Positions 7,158 through 14,559 of a DNA stretch of 22,657 nucleotides are shown here, piece by piece. Below the pieces are notes generated by a model. The model searched no databases, was not told the DNA's origin, and was given only the letters and a program-made list of their open reading frames with translations. The stretch is from IMG/VR virus record IMGVR_UViG_3300024256_000983, one strand, 5' to 3'. Each line of letters begins with the position of its first letter. Positions within the stretch are counted from its first letter, which is position 1. The translations under genes were made by a program, and so were the position numbers. The DNA comes from a virus.

Positions 7158-8386
7158 TGTATATAGATTACTTTGACAAATTTTACAATATGGAGCCCTA
7201 TCTCAAAATAGACGAGAAAGATTGGGAATACATAAAAGAAACATTTGAAAAACAAGATGTAAAAGAAAGTCTTGCCACGGTAGCAATGACATATCCACTT
7301 CCATATCCTGATTTAACCGAAAAGAGAGCATATAGAGATTTCCAAAAACTAAAAGGTATGAAGTGGAATGAAATAATGGTAGAGGGTGAGTGGTATGCAA
7401 GAGAGGGCACCAAGTATAGTTATAATCTAAACTACGATGGAAAGCAGTTAATGTTTAGACGACTAAATGTAGGAAATAGTTGTAGTAATTATTTCCAGAT
7501 TGAAAACAGATGGTCAGTAGATGGTTCAGTATCACCAGGTCCAAAACGAACTTGGGAAAGTAAAAAGTTTATGACTTCATTAATGGGAAGTGCATACTCA
7601 CTCAAAGTTCCAAAGATGGACAAGTCAACGTTACGAGTAATGTTAGCTCTACGAAAATATATCTGTTCCCAGTTTAAACCAAATGTGGCAAAATCAATCT
7701 ACGATATGTTTAAGGCAGAAACCATCCTTGATTTCAGTGCTGGTTGGGGTGATAGATTGGCAGGATTTTACGCCAGTGACTATGGAAAACATTATGTAGG
7801 TTTAGACCCACGAAAAGAGAACCATCCTATATACAAAGAACAGGCAGAGTTCTACGAAAAACATTTAGGATATTTTGAACACGAGAGAAAGTCAGAATTC
7901 CATTGCTCACCAGCAGAAGATTTTGACTTCACTCAGTTCAATGACTATTTCGATGTGGTATTCACTTCACCACCGTATTTTTCAGTAGAGAGATACAGTT
8001 ACGATGACACTCAAAGTTGGGTCAGATACAAAGACATAGAAGATTGGAATAGAGATTTCCTACAGGCCACCCTCGGTAAAATTTGGCCAAGTATTAAACC
8101 AGGAGGTCATCTATTAGTGAATATATCAGATGTGTATTCAGGTACAAAGGGGGTCACAAAAAAGGGTTGGTTAGAAATCTGCAACCCGATGAACGATTAT
8201 TTATCTGAAATAGAAGGTAGTGAATATATGGGGTGTATAGGTTACCAGTTAGCAAAAAGACCAAATTCTGGTGGAGCTGGAACGGCAAAAGGCTACGAAG
8301 ATAGTAAATGGACAGAAAAATCCCTTGAAAACAAAGATGATAAAAGTTTTGGAGAGCCAACGTGGGTATTTCGTAAATTAATTTAA
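7157..8386 (+). CDS. SAM-dependent amino (N4-mC/N6-mA type) DNA methyltransferase-like protein
   Basis: Motif I ILDFSAGWGDR (aa ~192) and motif IV FTSPPYF (aa ~271), with a ~190-aa N-terminal region. TAATG coupling to the upstream gene. Confidence 0.85.
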   Translation: MYIDYFDKFYNMEPYLKIDEKDWEYIKETFEKQDVKESLATVAMTYPLPYPDLTEKRAYRDFQKLKGMKWNEIMVEGEWYAREGTKYSYNLNYDGKQLMFRRLNVGNSCSNYFQIENRWSVDGSVSPGPKRTWESKKFMTSLMGSAYSLKVPKMDKSTLRVMLALRKYICSQFKPNVAKSIYDMFKAETILDFSAGWGDRLAGFYASDYGKHYVGLDPRKENHPIYKEQAEFYEKHLGYFEHERKSEFHCSPAEDFDFTQFNDYFDVVFTSPPYFSVERYSYDDTQSWVRYKDIEDWNRDFLQATLGKIWPSIKPGGHLLVNISDVYSGTKGVTKKGWLEICNPMNDYLSEIEGSEYMGCIGYQLAKRPNSGGAGTAKGYEDSKWTEKSLENKDDKSFGEPTWVFRKLI

Positions 8387-8433
8387 TTTATTTGTAAAAA
8401 TGTTATGAATAATACTTATTATAGAGAGATAAC

Positions 8434-8481
8434 ATGGAAATAGATGTGAAAATAAAAATTATAAAACTTGGAAGAAATTAA
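8434..8481 (+). other. Possible 15-codon upstream mini-ORF abutting the clamp loader start
   Basis: MEIDVKIKIIKLGRN* with GAGAG at 8424-8428; its TAA is immediately followed by ATG 8482. Confidence 0.35.
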
Positions 8482-9114
8482 ATGTTACAAAACAAACAAA
8501 ATTCTGAACATACTCTTTTTGTTGAGAAATACAGGCCAATATCATTAGACACTTACATAGGAAACGACCACCTAAAGGAAAAGGTAAGGGTTTATTTGGA
8601 AAGTGGAGACATCCCACACTTACTATTATTTGGTCCAGCTGGAACCGGTAAGACAACTCTCGCAAAAATACTCTCAAATAGTATTGAATGTGACTATATT
8701 TACATAAATGCGAGTGATGAAAATAGTGTAGATTCTGTTAGAAATAAAATAAAAGGATTCGTATCAACTATTGGATTTAAAGATTTAAAGGTGGTCGTAC
8801 TTGATGAGTGTTTGGATGAAAATACATTAGTTACTGTATTATCGAATGGGGAACAGATTCAAGTTCCGATAAAAGATGTTGATGAAAACAATGATTTAGT
8901 TAAATCTTGGAATGTTGAAAAAGAAGAATGGCAGTGGAGACCATTCCACTTGTGGGATAAGGGTGAACAAGAGGTGTATGAGATTGAACTTGAAAATGGT
9001 GAAGTAGTTGTTTGCACTGAAGATCATAAATGGTACGTCGAAGATAAAAATGGTAATCCAATTGTAGTTAAAACAAATCAGTTGGATAACTATAATCATA
9101 TTTTATCACCATAG
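8482..9114 (+). CDS. rfcS: Clamp loader (RFC small subunit/gp44-like) N-fragment fused to split intein N-part
   Basis: FVEKYRP, Walker A GPAGTGKT, INASDE, Walker B VVVLDE followed directly by intein block A CLDENT. Confidence 0.93.
   Translation: MLQNKQNSEHTLFVEKYRPISLDTYIGNDHLKEKVRVYLESGDIPHLLLFGPAGTGKTTLAKILSNSIECDYIYINASDENSVDSVRNKIKGFVSTIGFKDLKVVVLDECLDENTLVTVLSNGEQIQVPIKDVDENNDLVKSWNVEKEEWQWRPFHLWDKGEQEVYEIELENGEVVVCTEDHKWYVEDKNGNPIVVKTNQLDNYNHILSP
8809..9111 (+). mobile_element. Split intein N-part (101 aa)
   Basis: Cys1 CLDENTLV at TGT 8809; block B ELENGEVVVCTEDHKW; stop follows. Confidence 0.92.
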
Positions 9115-9149
9115 TTAGATTTTTTTACTCGAAAAACACAAGTTGGTTA

Positions 9150-9157
9150 TATTTATA
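9150..9157 (+). promoter_or_regulatory. TATTTATA motif upstream of the endonuclease inside the fractured clamp loader gene
   Basis: TATATTTATATAT at 9148-9160, then SD GGAG and ATG 9179. Confidence 0.45.
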
Positions 9158-9178
9158 TATGAACAATGGAGATGTTAA

Positions 9179-10072
9179 ATGAGTATAAAAAAATCTACAA
9201 GGCAAAAGTTAAGAGATGCCGCAAATAGAAATGGCCTTGGTGGAGTTCATTATTATGATAAGATTTGTGACAGTTGTGGTAAAGATTATGTAGCTAAAGC
9301 GTCGAATCAATTGTTATGTTATGAATGTAAAAAAATAGGTAGGTTGAAAGAATGTGAACATTGTGATTCTAGATTTCATACAAAAAATAATGGAAAATAT
9401 TGTAATCAGTGTGTCGGTAATAGAGTATGGATGCGAAAACGAGATAATATAAAAATTGCTAAAAAGATACAACATACAAAGAAAAAATGGTTACAATCGG
9501 ATGAAGCTAAACAATTTTATACACAACTTGGAAAACACAATTCTAAAAAGATGAAAGAGTTTAACCAGACTGAAAAGGGTAAGGCTAATATAAAAAGAAA
9601 TGCAAAATTAAACTCAAAGTTGATGAGAGAAAAGATTTCCAATGGTGAATTTACACCACCAATAACAAATACATTTACACATTGGGATGCTATAATAGAA
9701 GTTAATGGTAAAGTTAAAAAGTTTAGGAGTTCGTGGGAAGCTTGTTTTTGGTATAGTAATCAACATTTAGAATATGAAAGTAAGGAATGTAGAACTAAAA
9801 AAACGGATAATGGTAGAGTTTATATGGGTGATTTTTACGATAAAGATACAAAGATATTGTATGAAATAAAACCAAGAAGTTTTTTCTTAAAACAAACAAA
9901 AAAAATAGACAGCTTAATAAAACATTGTGATGTGAGTGGATATAAATTCAAGTGGATAAATGAAAATAATATTATGGATTATATAAATTCAGAAATATTT
10001 ATTGATAATAACAAAATACAATTAAATAAAATGTATGTGGGAATAGGTTATAGTGAACAAGATAAAGATTAA
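9179..10072 (+). CDS. Free-standing putative homing endonuclease: N-terminal zinc fingers plus TnsA/gp4-like PD-(D/E)xK nuclease domain
   Basis: CDSC...CYEC and CEHC...CNQC; FRSSWE...LEYE...YMGDFY...YEIKP. Sits between IntN and IntC. Confidence 0.75.
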   Translation: MSIKKSTRQKLRDAANRNGLGGVHYYDKICDSCGKDYVAKASNQLLCYECKKIGRLKECEHCDSRFHTKNNGKYCNQCVGNRVWMRKRDNIKIAKKIQHTKKKWLQSDEAKQFYTQLGKHNSKKMKEFNQTEKGKANIKRNAKLNSKLMREKISNGEFTPPITNTFTHWDAIIEVNGKVKKFRSSWEACFWYSNQHLEYESKECRTKKTDNGRVYMGDFYDKDTKILYEIKPRSFFLKQTKKIDSLIKHCDVSGYKFKWINENNIMDYINSEIFIDNNKIQLNKMYVGIGYSEQDKD

Positions 10073-10172
10073 ATCTATAAAAAAATTAAAAGACACCCAG
10101 CACGTGTATGACTTGTCAGTTGATGGTAATCATAATTTCGTAATAGGTAAAACAGAAACACTTACACATAAT
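10053..10172 (+). mobile_element. Split intein C-part (40 aa)
   Basis: MNKIKIKSIKK...VYDLSVDGNHNF (block F)...LTHN|C (block G, Cys+1 at 10173). Confidence 0.92.
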
Positions 10173-10781
10173 TGTGATTTCGTCACCCCACAAGGTCAAG
10201 CAGCACTACGAAATCTAATGGAAACGTTCAGTAAACATTCTCGGTTTATTCTAACCTGTAATTATGTAGAACGAATAATTGATCCAATCCAAAGTAGATG
10301 TCAAACATTTCAGATAATTCCACCATCCAAAAAAGAAATTGCAGTACATATAAAGGGTATATTGGATAAGGAAGAAATAGAATACAACGTAGAGGACATA
10401 GTATTGAACGTTAATAGTGGGTATCCAGACATTAGACGAATAATCAATTCAGTCCAACAGCAATCTATAAATGGTAAATTGACTGTTGATAAACGTAGTA
10501 TGGTTGAAAATGATTACAAATTAAAATTATTAGAAATACTAAAGTCACAAGATAAGAAGAGTGCATTTAAGAATATACGACAATTATTAGCAGACACCCA
10601 AGTTACAGAATTTGCTGATATGTTCAGATTACTATTTGATGAACTGGATTCATGGGCGAGTGGTCATGTCGCGGAATGTATATTAGAACTGGCTGAAGGT
10701 CAGTTTAGAGAAAAAAACATCGTGGATAGAGAAATAAATTTTATGGCAACAATGATTAATATATTAAATATAATAAAATAA
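10053..10781 (+). CDS. rfcS: Split intein C-part fused to clamp loader C-fragment (GTG start)
   Basis: 40-aa IntC, then CDFVTPQGQAALRNLMETFS, FILTCNY and the SRC arginine finger. The spliced product would be 311 aa with Walker B restored as DECD. Confidence 0.93.
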   Translation: MNKIKIKSIKKLKDTQHVYDLSVDGNHNFVIGKTETLTHNCDFVTPQGQAALRNLMETFSKHSRFILTCNYVERIIDPIQSRCQTFQIIPPSKKEIAVHIKGILDKEEIEYNVEDIVLNVNSGYPDIRRIINSVQQQSINGKLTVDKRSMVENDYKLKLLEILKSQDKKSAFKNIRQLLADTQVTEFADMFRLLFDELDSWASGHVAECILELAEGQFREKNIVDREINFMATMINILNIIK

Positions 10782-10796
10782 ACAGGAGTTACAAAA

Positions 10797-11006
10797 ATGA
10801 GTTATTACGAAGTACAGGTAGTTTTTATAGAAGAAATACAAACAAAAAACGGATCAAAAGAAAAGAAAGTCCGTAGGAATTATTTGGTAGAATGTGATTC
10901 AGTAAGTATCGCAGAAACCAAAGCACATGAGTGGTTAAAAGATTCACCATTTTCATTTGAAGTAAAATCAGCAAAAGAATCCAGAATAATGGATGTGATA
11001 GAATAA
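10797..11006 (+). CDS. DUF4494-like small protein
   Basis: YYEVQV...KKVRRNYLVECDSVSIAE...FEVKSAKES resembles DUF4494 from memory; SD AGGAG present. Confidence 0.55.
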   Translation: MSYYEVQVVFIEEIQTKNGSKEKKVRRNYLVECDSVSIAETKAHEWLKDSPFSFEVKSAKESRIMDVIE

Positions 11007-11007
11007 T

Positions 11008-11796
11008 ATGAATGTTTTAGTCATTGGAGATAAATGATTAGATGTGTTTATATACGGTGATATACATAGAATAAGTCCAGAGGCCCCAGTTCCAATATTT
11101 GTTCCAACACATGAAACTAAAAATGAAGGAATGTCTAAAAATGTGGTGAATAATGTTGAATCATTAGAAATGACTGTATATTCACTTACAAATGAAACTA
11201 GTATTGTGAAGAAGCGTTACGTGGATAGTCGGTCAAATCAAATGGTATTACGAGTTGATGAACATGATTATTGTGATAGAATAGATAAGAAAATACTAAG
11301 TGGCATAGTAGATAATTCATTTACTCCAATATTTGGACACAAAACCAAGCTTGACGCAATCATTATTTCAGATTACTGTAAGGGATTTTTAGAAGAAGAA
11401 GATATACAATTCATTTGTGAAAATAATAATAATGTATTTGTAGATACAAAGAAAAAACTTGGTAAGTGGATACAGTGTGCAGATTTCATAAAAATAAACG
11501 AGTTAGAATATCAGAAAAATCACGAACTACTATCTGAAGAAGGATTTGATGATAAACTTATAGTTACACTTGGAGGTAATGGATGTAGATATAAAGATAA
11601 AGTATTTTCAGTAGAAGAAGTTCCAGTTAAAGATGTTAGTGGGGCAGGTGATACATTTATAGCTGGACTTGTTAAGGAATATTTAGAAACAAATAACATA
11701 GAAAGTGCAATACAATTTGCACAGAAATGTACAACTCGTGTAGTTCAGAAACACGGAGTTGAAATGGTTACATTAGAGGAGTTACAAAATGGCTAA
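11008..11796 (+). CDS. rfaE: RfaE/HldE domain I-like heptose-7-phosphate kinase (PfkB family) with in-frame TGA at codon 10
   Basis: MNVLVIGDK*LDVFIYG then RISPEAPVP, ISDYCKG, VDTK, KINE and DVSGAGDTF. TGA at 11035-11037; the tracked GTG 11044 start would cut off the N-terminal VIGD strand. Confidence 0.82.
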
Positions 11797-12082
11797 ACGA
11801 AAACCACCACAACAGATTCAACAAAAGGTTGATTTAACAAAGGCAGACACAATAAAATGTGATGATTGTGGAAATTATCTATTTATTACTTCACACATAA
11901 TAAAGAGAATATCTGCAATCCTATCACCCACAGGACAAGAAGCACTTGTACCAGTTCAAGTTTATAGTTGTGGTAATTGTGGTAAAGTTCCAAAGATGTT
12001 TATAGAGGGAGCTGGACTTGGTTTAGAAGAAGTAAATAAACCAAAGAAAGATGCACTTTCACGACCAGATTTGATGGGATAA
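11789..12082 (+). CDS. Zinc-ribbon hypothetical phage protein
   Basis: CDDC...CGNC pairs in 97 aa; overlaps the upstream stop. Confidence 0.7.
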   Translation: MAKRKPPQQIQQKVDLTKADTIKCDDCGNYLFITSHIIKRISAILSPTGQEALVPVQVYSCGNCGKVPKMFIEGAGLGLEEVNKPKKDALSRPDLMG

Positions 12083-12101
12083 TGACAAAGAAGTTTGATA
12101 A

Positions 12102-12503
12102 ATGAAAGATAAACTTTATCATAATCCGAAATTAGAAGTTAGAAAATCTCCCCTACAGGGATATGGTGTTTTTGCAAAAGAGGATATAAAAAAAGGAGAA
12201 TTATTGGAAGAATGTCATTATCGTGTAGTGGAAGGATACTTTGAGGATGATGAATTTCAAAAATATATGTTTTTCTGTGAGGATGGAGAATTACCAAATG
12301 GTCAACCGAAAGAGCAACATTATGTGGTATTTGGATATGCAGCATTGTATAATAGTGCAATTAAATTAGAGGATAGAAGTGTTTATTGGAAATTTAAAAA
12401 ACATATTAATTATAAAATTTTTGTTTTGTAATCCACTAAAGATATAAAAAAGGACGAAGAACTTTTACAGTGGTATCCTAATGGATTGGATATTGATGAA
12501 TAA
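12102..12503 (+). pseudogene. SET-domain protein-lysine methyltransferase interrupted by in-frame TAA (pseudogene or sequence error)
   Basis: [19 protein letters not shown]...AALYNS. After TAA 12429-12431 the same frame continues STKDIKKDEELLQWY (SET DIxxGEELxxxY motif) to TAA 12501-12503, which abuts the next ATG. Confidence 0.75.
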
Positions 12504-12932
12504 ATGATTAAATTTAAACCAGATTTAATAAATTATAAAGAAGTTGAAATTATACCAGAAATAAATCAAGTTTTTGACTTAGATGAAGAAAAATTAAAAT
12601 GGGCTATAGATGAATTCGAAGTAGAATTGAATTGGAAAGATATGTGGTCGATGGAAGATGCAAAACAACGATTAAAAGATGGATGGTATTTTAATATTTT
12701 AGAAATAGATAATAAAATTGTGGGATGGGTTTGGTTTAATATATTAGAAAATGAACTTTGTAATTTATATGTGCATAAAGATTATAGAAATACGGGATAT
12801 GGAGGGCAATTAATATATTCAATTACAAATTTGGTAAATAAAGAGAGAATTGATATTTATAGTAAGATAGATGTGTGGAATATAAAAAGCATAAATGTAT
12901 TTAAAAAATGTAATTGGGAGGAAAGTAAATGA
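12504..12932 (+). CDS. GNAT-family acetyltransferase
   Basis: IVGW...NLYVHKDYRNTGYGG (motif A)...NIKSINVF. Confidence 0.85.
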   Translation: MIKFKPDLINYKEVEIIPEINQVFDLDEEKLKWAIDEFEVELNWKDMWSMEDAKQRLKDGWYFNILEIDNKIVGWVWFNILENELCNLYVHKDYRNTGYGGQLIYSITNLVNKERIDIYSKIDVWNIKSINVFKKCNWEESK

Positions 12933-14539
12933 AATTAAATTATTTTAATTTTAATAATTATAGTAGTTCTATTGCAACTCAGTCTTTGCAAGCTGCTGCC
13001 CCCTTTTTGACAGGAAGTAATCCTGAATATTGGACAGGAAAGGGTAATAATCATGGAGTAATTGCCGGATATGATTGGGTCCCTTCAAGTGGATCATTAA
13101 AGTTATTAGAACTTAACACGAATATTCAAACTCCACCTGAAACTAATTTTTTAGATAGTGCAGTTACTTGGTGGAAAGCAAATAATTATGACACTATAGT
13201 TTTGGTTACACGAAATGAAGAAGGAACTGTTATGCCACCTTTGGAGCTGGTAGGTGATATAACAGCCAGTTTGGACATAGATGGGTTTACATCAAGTATT
13301 TATGTTCAGCCCTCCTATCCTACTCCGGTACCAGATTTTGATGTTCCTAATACTACTTTTGTGTTACGATTTGGATTTGATTCTGCAAGTCCTATTGATT
13401 ATTTAGCATCGGATAAAAGAGAATTTAGGAATTTCGCATCTTCATCTGGAATTGAATCTTTGATGCCAAGAAAAATGGCAGATTTACCTGATGGATTTTC
13501 TAATGGTGTTGGTGTTCCAGATGTACTTATTAAAGACCCCACAGTAGATTATCAAACTTTACTTATGAATTCTTTTCAGTTTTATGATATAACGGATGAT
13601 AATAAAAATTATTTACTTTCTCAATCTTATTGTGAGGAGTTTATCCTACCCGATTTGAATTATAATGGGGCTTATTATTCTGAGGTGAGGGGTATTATGA
13701 TGTTGACTCCACAAGAAAATATTTTTTTACAACCACGGAATCCAATTACAGCGGATGTGAATGTTTTTCAAACTCATTTACCTCATTATATTTTATCAGG
13801 TGATTCGGGTTCTTATACGACAACTACTATTACACGAAAGGGTGCCATATCGGGAAGTCAGGTATTGATGTCAGATAACAGTTATACAAATATAGAAAAT
13901 GTAGTTACGGGGTCGTTCTTAAAAATTCGTAATATTAGTGGGTTACCCGATGAATCGGATGGGTACGCTAACAAGTGTGGTCATTATTTCTGGAAACTTT
14001 GGGAAACTTCAAGTTTATCAATACCATCCCAATCAAATGTTGAGGTTATTGATGTATGGCCCGATTTATTCACAGATTCATATACCGTAATAAATGGTGA
14101 TAAGAAATTTGGTACATTTACAAATCTTTTTACAAGTGGAAGCGAAAATACTTGGAAATTTAAACCAACAATAGAATTATCTATTGGAGATTATTTGGCA
14201 GACGAAGATGGTCAAGAATTAGAAATAACAAGTATTTCGGTTGTTTCATCTTCAACACAGTTGTTTCCTATTAGTGAAATTAATGTTGAACCCCAGGATT
14301 ATTATTATGCGAATGGAGTGATACTACATAATGCGGCGTGTAACGGTAGCCTCTGGTCCACCATGGTAAGTTATCCCACTTATGCTGAAGTCTCATATCC
14401 CAATACAAGTCCGCGCTGTGATTATTATTCACTTCACGGCGGGAATGGGGGCCATACGCCGACATATACCACCTCTAAGGGGACAGTAAACGGGTGCACC
14501 AGCACTTCATGGTGGCAAGCAAAGGGTTTATGTGGGTAA
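12929..14539 (+). CDS. Circularly permuted ATP-grasp-like domain + Hint (BIL-like) domain + 68-aa Cys/Ser/Thr-rich C-terminal peptide
   Basis: GYD...LLELNTN near the N-terminus, then VLIKD, CEEFI and SEVR. Hint from GAISGSQVLMSD (13841) to YYANGVILHN (14332), followed by AACNG...GLCG. Confidence 0.7.
   Translation: MKLNYFNFNNYSSSIATQSLQAAAPFLTGSNPEYWTGKGNNHGVIAGYDWVPSSGSLKLLELNTNIQTPPETNFLDSAVTWWKANNYDTIVLVTRNEEGTVMPPLELVGDITASLDIDGFTSSIYVQPSYPTPVPDFDVPNTTFVLRFGFDSASPIDYLASDKREFRNFASSSGIESLMPRKMADLPDGFSNGVGVPDVLIKDPTVDYQTLLMNSFQFYDITDDNKNYLLSQSYCEEFILPDLNYNGAYYSEVRGIMMLTPQENIFLQPRNPITADVNVFQTHLPHYILSGDSGSYTTTTITRKGAISGSQVLMSDNSYTNIENVVTGSFLKIRNISGLPDESDGYANKCGHYFWKLWETSSLSIPSQSNVEVIDVWPDLFTDSYTVINGDKKFGTFTNLFTSGSENTWKFKPTIELSIGDYLADEDGQELEITSISVVSSSTQLFPISEINVEPQDYYYANGVILHNAACNGSLWSTMVSYPTYAEVSYPNTSPRCDYYSLHGGNGGHTPTYTTSKGTVNGCTSTSWWQAKGLCG
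13841..14332 (+). other. Hint domain with Gly at position 1 and intact terminal His-Asn (+1 = Ala)
   Basis: Block A-like GAISGSQVLMSDNSYTNIENV; IELSIGDYLAD; blocks F/G EINVEPQDYYYANGVILHN. Confidence 0.75.
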
Positions 14540-14559
14540 ATTAATTTATAAGGAAAAAA

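Noticed and set aside
2710-12431. Genome-wide stop-codon reassignment (TAG=Gln or TGA=Trp) as the cause of the split genes
   Set aside because: Reading through TAG 2710 or TAG 9112 gives no meaningful sequence and meets another stop soon after. TGA cleanly ends nrdJ, the clamp, HNH, sulfotransferase and ligase genes. The two internal stops are of different types.
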